A stretch of DNA of 64,000 nt, from positions 105,896,001 through 105,960,000 of the forward strand of contig OX597821.1 in NCBI GenBank assembly GCA_951406725.2. The letters run 5' to 3'. The notes under the pieces were generated by a model. It worked only from the letters and a program-made list of their open reading frames with translations. It did no database searches and was not told the origin of the DNA. Source of the stretch: Octopus vulgaris (lineage: Eukaryota). Positions 40,072 through 54,214 of this stretch are shown one piece after another (within the stretch, counting starts at the first letter, position 1; each line of letters opens with the position of its first letter). The translations under genes were made by a program, and so were the position numbers.

Positions 40072-41989
40072 TACATAGATATTCACGCATACTCACTCAC
40101 ACGTATTCATAGATAAGCACTTGCATACATAATCTAGTATTACATCATTAATTCTCTTAACTGGTGCTGATGAAACATACATCAAAGCCATTGAGAAACC
40201 TTACGATATAAAGAGCACAAACCGTCTTCATCACCGTATTAATATCGGTTAATGAAATGGACTTGAATTTCAATGCTCCAAGGTCCAAAATTCTCTAATA
40301 TCATTCATCTAAATCATTTCAACCTTATACTGTGGGTCACATGAAATTGCAATTATTTGTGTTAATGCCAGAATTTTAATGAGTAGCGATCCGGCCATTC
40401 ATACGCTTGTTCCTATAATGGCTATAGTGTCTTGTAGCTGTGTTGATGTTGTTTTGCTTGCGGGCAATGTCGTTCACAAATGTCCATTTCTAGATTCCTC
40501 GTTAACGAAGAACGGGATGCGATTGACAAAAGGGTACATGAGAATATGTTCCCAAAGAGGAAAATCGGTTATCAATAATCTGAGAAAGACGCTTAAGTAG
40601 AATTATTTTTTATTTTAATATATATATTTTGGGGATTTCTCTGCATTTGACTTCATATAATATATTTCTTCATAAACGTAATCACATTCCCAAACCGCAC
40701 ACAATTTCACTGCTATGCACAAATTATACTTCAGATATAAGTTATTTCACCAGATCGGATTTTCAATTATATCAAAAAATATTAATCGTAAATTCATTAT
40801 TCTTTTTTTCAAAATAGAGGATGCATATGGGCAAATTCTTATCTTATCCAGATCAGATTATTAGCTACATATTTTACTCGCTTGTCAATCCACTACCGAT
40901 GGGAGTATCAGAAACTATACGAATTCAGCATACAGCATACAAGCAATTCAATAACGAACTCTTTGAATTCATGCAACAGGCTCTTTTGAGATAGTTTGTC
41001 AGGTCTTGAATATATATTAAGAAAACTCACATTAGCCAATAATGTACTATAATATTTCTTAACGAGTGAACATGTCTATAATACTTGAAAGCCGCAGCAC
41101 ATTTGTTATGCAATTCAGATAACACTAAGTTCAAAATTCATTCTTATTTCTCCCAATTCTCCGACAAAAATTGTCATTCTCGAATTTTTACCGAAAAGTG
41201 GTTCAGAGAAACTTATTTTTAGTTTTCCTTGAAACTTTCTCCGCTGCTAATTCATTGTTTCTCAATTTTATCGGTAAGTTTTGCTCTTCTGCTCCATCTG
41301 ACACAAACATTTTATGTAACAATTTATCGTATACAACATTTAGTACATAAAACATTAACTGTTTTACTCACACACTCGCGCTTCACACACATGTATATAC
41401 ATAGAAATATTGTCAGATAGGGAGAAAGAACGACGGAAGAAAGGAAAGAAAGAACGAAGGAAAGAAAGAAAGAAATATGAGAAATAATACAGTCAATGAT
41501 AGTGAGTATCAGAGAGAATGGTTGGAAATATATATTGACGGACAGTTATATGTCTCTGTCAGATATTAATGTTTTCTGTATATTAAATTATATTTATGTT
41601 TTCCTCCGTTTCAATTGTTTTCTAGCTATAGTAATAAATACAAATCATCATTTTCTATCTGTCTTTGTGACTTGGTAAGGTGGAATGATGAATAATTGGT
41701 TATGCTGAGAGTTTCCCATATCAAAACTGAGTCACCATTTCTGGTTTTCAATGAATCTTTTTATTTACTTAAATATACACAGAAATTAAGTGCTGAGAGT
41801 ATAAAGATGTATGCAAGAAGTGTCTATGTATTGAATATATGACTAGACGTGTGTATGTGTACTACCTAGAATAAAATAGCCATACATTCGCTTTGGCGAC
41901 AAGCGGTATGTTTCTGTGTTCATTGATTTTTTAACCCGAGTTCGAACAGCGAATCCTGCTTTCTCAGGAACTTCCCAAAACTCTGCAAC

Positions 41990-42095
41990 GATTGTCCGGC
42001 ACTTTCACATTTATAACCATATATGGTCCCACACTTATGACTATATTTTGACGGGAAACCTTTCTTAAAATTTAACCAGTGGAGCTAATAATTAC
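41990..42095 (-). pseudogene. possible Ty3/Gypsy integrase GPY/F remnant
   Basis: LHWLNFKKGFPSKYSHK, then a frameshift, then VGPYMVINV; no LTRs seen. Confidence 0.35.
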
Positions 42096-42664
42096 GATTG
42101 GCTTAAAATTAAACTGAAATCATCTGATGTGTCAGGTCCATTCTTCGTTGTTGCTACACGTCCAAGCGTGATTAGGAAAGGCTTTTTAGCGATACGTTTC
42201 TATCTCTGAATATAACTATGAGTTGTTAAACATATATACCCAGAAAATTTATTTATACAATCACGAAGATTGAATTCAGGTACGGCAAAGAAATTTAGTT
42301 CGAAATTCTTTCCGGTCGGTAACATATCTCATAATGTTTTCCCGCTCCTCTCATCGAAACACTTCAACGGCAACTGTCAACTTTAATTTAACTAGAATTA
42401 ATGCTAACGTATTCAAAGAGATGAAATTTAATAATAACTTTACTACTTCTCTCCTACCCTGTGACATAAATTACGTCCTAATGTTTCAAATATCCGTATT
42501 AGAATATACCGAGGCATGTCATTATCAGGTTAGCGCAATCAGCTTGATTTCACTAAGCTTTGATGCATAAAATAAAAGTAGAAATAGCTTTCTTTCAAAC
42601 CTGTCTTCGTTTTCTGCATATATGAAATATGTATATCACTTCAATCTATATATACACACACAGT

Positions 42665-42717
<53 letters not shown>

Positions 42718-42781
42718 TCTCTCACACCCTCATGCAATATCTATATGCATATCTATAGATCTTCACGTTTACGTTTAACTG

Positions 42782-42819
<38 letters not shown>

Positions 42820-42877
42820 CATGTGTGTGTGTGCGGAGGGGTGAACAAATGTATATAAACATACCTATAAAGCAATG

Positions 42878-42974
<97 letters not shown>

Positions 42975-43686
42975 TTTTAAAGCTACAGCACAATTTGGGG
43001 AGAAAGATTCTTTCCATCATATCCGCTATTATTTATCATGAGGTTGCTATGGGTGTTTCAATTAGAGAGAGTGAAGTTAGTGCTTCCCATTGAAAAGGTT
43101 CAATTAATAAACATTTTATGTGTGTGTGCGTGGCGAGCAGCTGGGTGGTTCGGTGCGTCGGCAAGATAGTTCTTACCAATATTCATTGTTATAGGTAGAC
43201 AACCGTCTCGTGCACAAGAACAAAGATAAAGTGCAAACAATATTGATGTTAGATTTATGAGAATGAAATTGTTCACATCTTTGGACATTCATTCCCATAT
43301 GTACACCGCAAAAGATACAGAGATTCATACACAGAGACATACAATGTGTGTGTGTGTCTGTACGCACTTGTAGGCCTTCCTGTGTATGTTTGTGTGTGGG
43401 TGTATGTGTGTGTGTTTGTGTGTAATATTCTGCAGCTGCACTTGTATATCGTGTGCGTGTGTCTCTGTGTTTATATGATTTGATAGAATTAGTTACTTCC
43501 GAAGATGTATAAATTTCATGGACTCAGCGTCAGACAATGCTATACAGGGATGTGGCTGCCCCTACACATGTAAAAGAGTGTTTTATGTGTGTAGTTACAA
43601 TCACTCACTCACACACATACGCGCAAACGCAAACACGCATACACACACAAGCACACACAAACATATACATGTACATATATATATAC

Positions 43687-43790
<104 letters not shown>

Positions 43791-43921
43791 CTGCTAGCAC
43801 ATTCATACGTAAATAGGGCTATTATGTATGCATAAAAATATAGATATATACATACACACAATTCATATACGCGTATATATATTATTATATATGTATATGT
43901 ATGTATGTATATACATATGCA

Positions 43922-43970
<49 letters not shown>

Positions 43971-45552
43971 GCATAAAATAGACTTATATATATATGTATA
44001 TATATGTATGTCCATGTATACACCTATATGTGTATATGTACATGTGTACACTTACATAATGATACGTATAAGTAATTTTATTTCTATGTATATTGCTGTA
44101 ATTTATATGCACTTTTTCGATACGAATTTACGTATATAACAATGTATGTATGAATATTTAAGCGTATATATGATTTTATGTGCAACGCAAGAATAGACAC
44201 AGCTAGACATAACTATATACCGAATCATCAGTAACTAATGTACCGAACCTATTTTTATCATATAATTCATGACTTCAAGAACAGATTTGTAGATAGTGAA
44301 AGTAGAAAAAATGGCTTTTATGTCAATTATGGTTTGCTTAATATAATGACGAAGCGAAACTCTGAAATCGAATATAAAGGAACATACCTCTTCTTTTAGA
44401 TTTCTTGATGTGTACAGTTTTCTTTTCATTGATGTTAAAGAAATCATACAGATTGATAATTAATATATGTCTAGTGTTTGAGGCTATTCGTAAACTTATT
44501 TATTCTGAGAACTTTTGTGTCAAACAGATATGATCTTGGTTTATAAGTTTTGCAAAGAAGAGGCTATGATCATTCTAAGAAAAGCTGTGAAAATAATTTC
44601 CTCAATAATATCTTCGAATCAGATATGATTTAATGTATATGTAATATATAATTCTGCAGATACCCATACGCAGACATAGACATATATATGCATATACATA
44701 TTTAAACATGTACATATATATTTATGCATGTGTATATGATATGTGTGTATTCACATACGTGCACACGCTCTTTAGTATAGAAACAAGCATATATGTATAC
44801 ATACATTTACTTGTATATGTACATGAATACATGTACACAGATTTATAATTATGTACGCGTGTGTTTGTTTACTCTGTGTTTTTGTGTTTTCTGCAGTATG
44901 AATGACATGGGAGAATAAATGAAAATCAAAAGATAATGTGAGCTGAATAGATGTTTTACATAATCTCCTACTTTGTAGAAGTATTTTGCGAAGAACTAGC
45001 AATAGTTAGATGTTGTACCATACAAACATGTTCGTTCTGCACCTAAAACTAAACGTAAAATGTTAAACTAATGTTTCATTCGGTAGAAAATTTGCTTTTA
45101 TTTATCCGGACTCTTAATTTGGTGTTCATTTAAGTTGAGACAAATAATTATACCGAAACGCGTTTAAATGTCGATACATGGAGTAAAAAAAATATTTCCA
45201 TTGCCATATCTTTGCAAATGTTTAGTGATAGTGTTCGGTGCTATTTCTTTATGGCAGATCACGCGGTGTATCACCGCTTACGTTAATATAGGTTCATTTC
45301 AAAACTCGAAATACATACGCACACAATAAAAATACGTTTAGATACTGCTTGTAGACATATGAGGCTTTAGACGAGGTCTTATATCAATGATTCTCGTGAA
45401 TATTATAGTGTTTTTGATGCATATTTTCTTAACTTCTCCCTTTGCCAGTCTTATGAAATGTTGGCTGTGCACGAATCATGTTATGTGTATGCGCGCGTGG
45501 TTGTGCGAGTGTATGTATAAATATTTAAATACATACATACACGGAATATGAA

Positions 45553-45690
45553 GCTCGTTTACCAACCACATGGTTCCGGGTTCAGTTCCACTGCGTGGCA
45601 ACTTGGACGGGTGTCTTCTTCTATAGTATAGAGTCTCCAAAAGCTTGCGCGTGGATTTGGTAGACGTGAAAAGAAAGACGGCCGTCGTAT
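45553..45690 (+). mobile_element. SINE family A, 5' part
   Basis: accaaccacatggttccgggttcagttccactgcgtggca...gtggatttggtagacg. Confidence 0.8.
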
Positions 45691-45961
45691 ATATCTGTAT
45701 GTATGTGTCTGTGTCTCTGGTTGTATTCAAAAAATACTTTTCTCCCTGGATTGTGTGTTCGTTTCTCTTTTTGCCTCTGTGGTTTTTTTTTTTTGATCTT
45801 TTATATAAATGAAGATATTTCATCCATGAGACTGAGTTTTTTTTCTACAAGAGGGGAAGTTAAATTGTGGAAGAGTAATTTTAACGAGTTGTATTTATTT
45901 ATCACTCAACAAGAAACATTTGCACCGCCGGCTGCTCCTCAACCAGTTGTTGAGTGTCCCA

Positions 45962-46004
45962 TACATGAGGAATCGATACTAGATGTGTCGAAACAATTGT
46001 CGTG
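45962..46004 (+). ncRNA. decayed hammerhead remnant
   Basis: ATGAGGA (C3 lost), GATAC tagat GTGTC stem, GAAA-CAATTG-TC. Confidence 0.35.
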
Positions 46005-46114
46005 ATTAATAATTAATTCTCGTTTATTTCCATCTTAAAGTGACCGTGTGTGTACATATATATATATGTGTGTGTACATATATATATATATATATATAAT
46101 ATATGTGTGTGTAT

Positions 46115-46180
<66 letters not shown>

Positions 46181-46344
46181 GCGATGGGCTCTTTCAATTT
46201 TCCACTAAAAATCCACTTCCAAGGATTTGGTCGGCCCGAGGCTATAGTACAAGACACTTGTACATATACAGACACTCGCGCGTACTCGTATATGTGTTTA
46301 CTTATGTATAAATGCTTCTGTATAAATATGTATATATATATAGG

Positions 46345-47859
46345 TAAAATATGCCCCATTCATAAAGGAGGTAGCAGAGCGGAAGCCAAGAACTACAGAC
46401 CTATCTCTCTGACCTCACACATCAGCAAGGTCATGGAACGAATAGTCAGAAGGAAGCTGATCACCTTCCTTGAAGAGAATGACTTGCTGCCCGACACCCA
46501 ACATGGTTTCCGACCAGGGAGAAGCTGTTTAACTCAGCTCCTACAACACTATGACTGGGTGCTGAAACGGCTGCTCAACCACTCAAATATAGAAGTGATA
46601 TATCTCGACTTTGCAAAGGCCTTTGATAAAGTCGATCATGGAATGATATGTCACAAACTGCGTGATCTCAACATAGTTGGAAAACTGGGAGAATGGCTTC
46701 ATGACTTTCTGAAGGATAGAAGTCAGGTGGTAGTAGCCAATGGGGCCACCTCCATTAACACACAAATAGTGAGCGGTGTTCCGCAGGGCACTTTTCTGGG
46801 ACCACTACTGTTCATAATGGCCCTCTCAGACATGCCCTCAGCCACGCAGAGAGCCACGATCACAAGTTATGCAGATGATACAAAAGTTTCACAGGCAATA
46901 CAGAACCCTGAGGACACTAAACACCTGCAATGTGAGCTGGACGAAATATACAAGTGGGCTGAAAAGAATAGCATGCAGTTCAATGCTGGAAAGTTTCAAG
47001 CTTTATACTATCAGCATGCAAAACTGAATGCAATACCCAATGAATACACTGGACCCGGAGGGATTGCAATCCCAGAGGCACAATCAGTGCGTGACCTGGG
47101 TATTCACATGAGTGATGACGCAACCTTTCATGTACATGTTGCTAAACTGACAATGAAATGTAGACGGCTGGCTGGATGGATTCTTAGAACCTTTAGAACA
47201 AGAGAACAAGGAACCATGATGGTCCTCTGGAAGACACTTGTCCTAAGCCACTTTGACTATTGCTCTCAGTTATGGTCACCATCCAGTGTCAAGTTGATCA
47301 CAGAACTTGAGGCGATCCAACGAAGCTACACGAAGAAGATAGCCTCTATGCAGAATGTAAGCTACTGGGAAAGACTCAAGAGATTAAAATTATATTCCCT
47401 GGAGCGTAGGCGGGAAAGATATGCCATAATATACATCTGGAAGATCCTGGAGGGAAGTGTCCTGAACTTTGGCATCGAGAGTTACGCAAATGCCAGATCT
47501 GGGCGCCACTGCGTGGTGCCTAGGACTCCAAACCTGCCATCAAGATGTAGGACAAGATTCTGTGATAGCCTGGGCTTCCGAGGCCCACAGCTCTTCAATA
47601 TCCTCCCGAAGAACCTGAGAGACCTGCATGGGGTGGATACAGATGTCTTTAAAATGAAGCTGGATCTCTTCCTGTCAGGTGTCCCAGATGAACCAACTTC
47701 ACGGCAGGAGGGGCAGATGAGGGCAGCTGCATCGAACTCTCTCATGCACCAAATAGCAGTTGCTAGAAAGCCCCATGAAGTGAAACCAAGTAGCAACACC
47801 AAATGGCGGTGCCCCAGCATGGCCACAGCTCATAAGCTGAAACTAGAATCAATCAATCA

Positions 47860-47862
<3 letters not shown>
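46345..47862 (+). mobile_element. 5'-truncated CR1-group LINE; uninterrupted RT frame of about 500 aa
   Basis: NYRPISLTS, QHGFRPGRSC, YLDFAKAFDKVDH, SGVPQG..LGPLLF, YADD, DYCSQLWSP and LYSLERRR; ends in (AATC)4. The ORF-track start at 46103 is microsatellite/SINE read-in. Confidence 0.95.
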
Positions 47863-47911
<49 letters not shown>

Positions 47912-48252
47912 TCCTTATACATTCTAAAACCGAGTGACCGATTTTGACGTATAAGGGATCAACAGATTCAGTACTCTATCGGCTATAAGCTAAACTGAAG
48001 TTTCATTCACATACTTGCATTTCAAAAATTTTACATCATAATCTTCTCCATAAATCAACTATCGTAAACATTTTATACGACGACTACGATTGCGTCACAT
48101 TTTCTATGTGTGAGTACCTTAAAAGACATCAATCAGCATGACACACATTTTCACTCACTCACACTGTCTTTCTCTTTGTATCTGTCTCTCTTTCTCTTTC
48201 TATCTCTCTCTGTCTCTTTGTCTTTCTCTGTCTCACACATACGCGTACGCAT

Positions 48253-48296
<44 letters not shown>

Positions 48297-49371
48297 CCAT
48301 TTCATAAGCACGTACATACATCTTTCACTTTCTCATCTCCTTCATTTTCTGCTCTCTATATCCTTTTCACTTTCTCTTATTTCAATTTCTCTTCCCTTCA
48401 AAGCATCAAATTATTGTTTTACGAAATGAGCGAAAGACACACACATTGAGAAAAAGACAAAGAGGCAACAGAAATAAACAGAGACAGAAAAAACAAGTTT
48501 CTATAAAAGATGAAAGACGGTGATAGCAGGTGACAAAGAAATACTGATGTTTCACACCTTATGTATGTTCTAAAAGTGAGAGACAGAGAGAGTGTGTGTC
48601 TGTGTGTGTGTGTCTGATTGTGTGTGTACGTGTGTGTGATTGTGTGTGTATGTGTGTGTGCGTGCGTGCGTATTTGTGCGCGCTCGTATGTTCCTTACGC
48701 ATTCTAAATTTGGGTTACCCATTTTAACGTATGGGGCATCAAAATATTCAGTAATATTTGGATTACAAATAAACTATATTTTCATTTACAAATATTGTAC
48801 GTTATCTCAACAACCAGCTATAGTAATTTCGAAGGCACAGCTCTACAATGAATTGCTTTCATTAGAAAGCGAAAATAGTTTCACATTTTCAATTTCAACC
48901 AAAATTACAAAGTGTTGCATTATGAGAGTGACGATTTTTCAGTAATGAAAATAATGGTTGGCCGAATTAGTCATATCTGTGCTAAAATAAAGAAAGCTGC
49001 TTATCATCTATAATGTGATAAGGTTATAATATTGTTTCACTTTTATTCTTTCACTTTTAATTCTAATGTGATAACATGAAAATCCTCTTATTGCTATCAT
49101 ATTTGAAATAAATGAATAATTCACATCCTAATATGAACAATATTAGTCTTCGGCAACTTTCCGGCTTTACGGCCACCACTGTACAAAGTTTTATTAGTGT
49201 ATGTGCTGACTGACATAACGAACGGCTGGAGGTGAAATACCCGACAAAATACAATGGGGTGGCATGTCCAAGGTTTGTAAAAATACACATTTACCGTTCA
49301 ATTACCAGTTGCATGGTTGCAAGGTATTTCAATTAAATATTTACCGTTAAACCAACATTTAATACATGTGC

Positions 49372-49461
<90 letters not shown>

Positions 49462-49761
49462 TGTATGTAAAATGCAAAATGGCTGATTGTAAGGAAAGAC
49501 ACACAATTAAGAAAGGAAGAAAGCAAAGGACCAGTGATGAAGTGACAGAAATCTGACGAAAGAACTCTGGCACAAATACGATTAATTAAAAAAATAAAAT
49601 AAGGGTGAAGCAAATTAAGACCAATTATATAGGGCGTGTGTTTTATTGGCAAAACTACCAACATGACCATCTCCAAATACAACAATATCTGTTTCGATAT
49701 ATGATTTCACATGAAGAATCTTGCAAAACGAATATATAAACACACATATATATATATATAT

Positions 49762-50040
49762 AACATTGTCCCTTTTTTTCCGTCCTTGTTTCGCTGCTTT
49801 CTTCCAAGGAATCTCATTCTCTTAGCTTAGTTTTTCCTCGGGGCTGACCAGATTGGAGCAATCCCGAATAACCAGCCGAAATTGCAAAGATAATCTGGAA
49901 CTCGACTGAGGAAAGGAAACTCCGAATGAGCCGTACTTACTTGCTTTCGATGTATCGGTCTATCTGGATTCTGAATGTTTTGTTGTCCCTTTTTTGTATC
50001 ACCTGACTGGATGTTTTGTGTTCTTGTCCCATTTTGATTT
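49762..50040 (+). mobile_element. (TA)n-flanked structured module of unknown family
   Basis: Sharp microsatellite boundaries and several complementary segments between 49833 and 49914. Confidence 0.35.
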
Positions 50041-50061
50041 TATATATATATATATATATAT

Positions 50062-50184
50062 ATATTATTATGGAATGGAAGAAATGGAGTTGAACGAAGA
50101 TTGTACAGAATTCCTGTAAAATAAAATAAAAGGAATTCTGTACAATCTTCGTTCAACTCCATTTCTTCCATTCCATAATAATAT
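50062..50184. repeat. perfect inverted repeat with 54-bp arms and a 15-nt loop
   Basis: 50062-50115 is the exact reverse complement of 50131-50184. Confidence 0.95.
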
Positions 50185-50335
50185 TAAACTTCAATTATCC
50201 GCACCAACGCACGGTTGCAACACCAAATGGTCTTATCTCCAACCGTGCATTTTCTGCTGTGATTTTTGCTACCCAGGTATCGGTTATACTTTTGAATAAT
50301 CTGTAACAAGAAAATTCATCTTTCTATTTCAACAA

Positions 50336-50367
<32 letters not shown>

Positions 50368-51662
50368 ATGTGTGTGTGTCTGTGTGTGTGTTTGTGTGTG
50401 TGTATGTATGTGTGTGTATATGTATATATATGTGTATGTATATAAAACAAAACATGTTTAAATTAACTAAAATATATTTCACCTCATATATCAGGAAACT
50501 CTTTGCGTGTAGGGACATATATATTTCTATACGTATAATTTTCCACGTTTTCTTATGTGAGCATTGGAATTATAAACTTAGCAAATCTTTGCACTTTTGA
50601 TCTCCTTATAATGTTGAACGTAATGTCATTATTATTGTTCCTTGGTGTTTTGTTGAGTATACTGTACTTTTGCGTTAATCAGATTTTTACTGGTGGTGAT
50701 ATACATTGGCAACGGAATGGAATAAGTGTGTACAGTATTGATTTTACTTATTTGTTTTGTACATAGAGACAAATACAGTTCTGAGCTGAATTATTGTAAG
50801 ATAATATCTTAGCACAGCGCATTTATTTTGACGTTTCTTTGTCAACGTGTCCGGTGTAAAAGTTAGTGGAGATTTAATAAAAATGTCGAAACAAATATAG
50901 CTTGAAGACACGTCTGAAAGGATAATCTTAGCATGAGGTGAAAGTTGAAATTTCTGATTTTATTCGCTGTTATGGCACGGCGCTAATTGCTGATTCATAA
51001 ATTTCTATTCCAAATATTACTCTACAAAGAATAAAAACATCTTTACGTTATATAGATCATTATAAACGTAGCATCATTAATTCTATCCCTTAAACAAGGA
51101 AAGTGATAATTGACGACGTAGTTTTATTTAAACAAAAAGACTATTTACCCAGCTTTCAATTCACAAAGGCTGTGTCAATTAAACATACATATTTGTGACA
51201 ATTATACAAATACCTTGCCACAAAGTTATTATGTGAAACCGAATGCGTTAGAAACTTTCGTCATTATAAATAATATATGCAATTTAAAATTTTAGGTATT
51301 ATACATTTAAAATTATACATCTCAGTGAATACAATTGAAAACGTAAATTGAGAAGTATCAGGCAGTTTCAATTATTGTCAAAGAACAAATAACTGTAAAA
51401 AAATATCTCATCAGCTTCATTTTTATGAGAAAATTTGATGACTACTGTCATCCAGCTAAAACTCTATTTATAAGTGACTTGCGAAACGGGATAATTAATG
51501 TGAGACAGGGTATAACCGTAAACCAGCAAGCACGTATTATGGGCTGAGAAGCAAATATGGAATTTTATTTATCAATTTCACAGCTAATTGTAATATGTTA
51601 GGAAATAAGCGTGTAATACGTATGATGTGCAAATTATAATTACATACTGCTACTACTACTAA

Positions 51663-51742
<80 letters not shown>

Positions 51743-51755
51743 TTAATAATAATAA

Positions 51756-53226
51756 GGATCAGGAGAGAATGTTATCGCAGAGTAAGAGCAATACTCAAGA
51801 CAGGGCTGAATGTGAGAAACAGTATCGAAGCAATCAATGCTTTAGCCATACCAGTCGTAACGTACAGTTTCAATATCGTTAACTGGTCTATTACTGAAAT
51901 ATGTAATCTTGACAGAAAAATACGAAAACTTTTGACAATGTATAGAATGCACCACCCTAAGGCAGATACAGACCGACTTTATCTGCCAAGAAAAGAGGGA
52001 GGCCGTGGAATTTTACAACTGGCAATAACAATGAAGATTGCTACAATTGGCCTAGACACCTACCTGAAAAACTCTGAGGACTGGATGTTAAAACCTGTCT
52101 CAAAACATGAAAACAAGAAAGCATCATACTCAGTAACAAAACAGGCGAAGGAATATCTAAGTGAATTCCGAATACAACAAATTTCGGAATTAGAAATAAA
52201 AGAAACAAACACAGAAAAAGCTAAGCGCATGAAAGCCCGAGCTAAAACTGCGACCTTAGATATTCTGAATGATAAATGGCAAGAAAAACCTCTCTATGGC
52301 AAATACCCAAAGGGAGTGAATAATGCAGTTGTTGACAAAGCCCTGACCCATCAATGGCTGATGGCCTCCGGCTTAAAATCTGAAACAGAAGAGTTTATCA
52401 TAGCAGCTCAAGATCAATGCCTACCAACAAGAAACTACCAGGCCAACATATTAAAGAACGGCAGTAGCCCAACATGTTGTGTATGTCAACAATAAAATGA
52501 AACCATTGATCATATTGTCTCCAAGTGTAGTCTTCTAGCGCCTACAGAGTATCTCATCAGGCATGATAGAGCTGCACAATATATTCACTGGGTAGTTTGC
52601 AAAACACCTGGATTTACCCCATGAATAAAACTGGTGGGAACACAAACAACCTCCAGTGCTTGAAAATGACCACATCTCACTCCTCTGGAACTTCACCATT
52701 CAAACTGACAGAAAGATAGATGCAAATAGGCCAGACATCATATTGAAAGACTTCAGACAAAGAACATGCCTCCTCATTGATATGACTGTCCCAATCGATA
52801 TAAACGTATCCGTCAAGACCTACCAAAAACTGAGCAAATATAAAGATCTTGAAATAGAAGTCAGTAAAATGTGGAAGCTGAAGACTAAAACAATACCTGT
52901 TGTCGGTGCCCTGGGAATAATAGCGAAAGGGGCTGATTGCTACCTAACTCAGATACCAGGAAACCCAAAATTGGCAGAAATTCAAAAGATAGTGTTCATG
53001 GGAACTGCTCATATCCTACGCAAAATACATTCTATGTAATCTGAAGGTTTAAAACAAACATAATTTTTTTTTTTTTAGACATTCACTAGTACAACATCCC
53101 AAACACCCCAAAAATATGGCACGCTAGGCATAACAACAACATGAACTTCCAACCTGTTGTCTCTTGAGGTCTCTGGGTGAGACTTGGAGTCAACTTGTAC
53201 AAATATAAAGCAAAAATCAAACATAG
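51756..53226 (+). mobile_element. 5'-truncated R4/Dong-like retrotransposon inserted in (TAA)n
   Basis: RLYLPRKEGGRG, CCVCQQ*NETIDHIVSKC...RHD, and RPDII..LIDMTVP..KLSKYKDL. One premature stop at 52493-52495 plus a frameshift; (TAA)n on both sides. Confidence 0.93.
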
Positions 53227-53293
<67 letters not shown>

Positions 53294-53747
53294 TACATAC
53301 GTATATATGTATATACACATACAAACAGACAGATACAGACAGATAGGTATACATATATATATATATATATATATTGATAGATGAGTAGATAGATAGAGTG
53401 AGAGAGTAATAGGGAGAGGATGATTGATAGATAGATAAATATGGATAAATAGAAAGATAGATATAGTCCTATGAACGTTGAGGAAATTTAGTTTAAATGC
53501 GCTTAGACGTATTCATAAGAGACTGAAATTGTATGTAGAACATCATTTCTTGAAGCACATATATCTATTTTTCAGTTTGTGTCTGTGTATATGTGGTTTC
53601 TCAAATGGCGTTACTGGCGCACTCAGCAGCAGCGACAGCTTGCATGCACTAGGTGCCATTGGACCGGGTACTTGTCAGTCTCTTCTTGCGACTAAATCGG
53701 CACCAAAAATAAGTACATTTCCTATTCGCTTTCCTTCAAATAATGGT

Positions 53748-53957
53748 TTCAGATTTTTCCATTATGGCAGCAATTTTGGGAGAGTGGATGAATCGCATGC
53801 ATCGACCCCTTAGTTTCACTAGTACTTGATTTATTGAACCCGAAAGGATGAAAAGCAAAGTGGACATTGCGGAATTTGAACTCAGAACATAAAGACAGTC
53901 GAAATGCGGCTTAGCATTTCGCCCGGCCTGCTATCCATTCGGCCAGATTGCCGACTT
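53748..53957 (-). mobile_element. SINE family B, diverged
   Basis: cccgaaaggatgaaaagcaaagt...ggaatttgaactcagaac...gcatttcgcccggc. Confidence 0.8.
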
Positions 53958-54214
53958 ACTTTCTCTCAAGTAGTAATCCACTGTATGGAGCGTGTATGAT
54001 TTCTTTTGAAATCCATTTAGAAAGGACACATTAATATAAGTGTATGTGTGTATAGACATATACACAGAGAGATAGGTACGTATACAGATCGAGAAATATA
54101 GATATAAATAAGTATATATTTAGTGTGAGTTAAATAGGATTTTAGTAAAAAAACTTGAAGTATCATAGGCAAAGCTCGTCCAATGTTATCACCTATATAT
54201 ATATATATATATAC

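Noticed and set aside
46103-46344. N-terminal extension of the 614-aa ORF
   Set aside because: Chance in-frame read-through of microsatellite and an antisense SINE piece.
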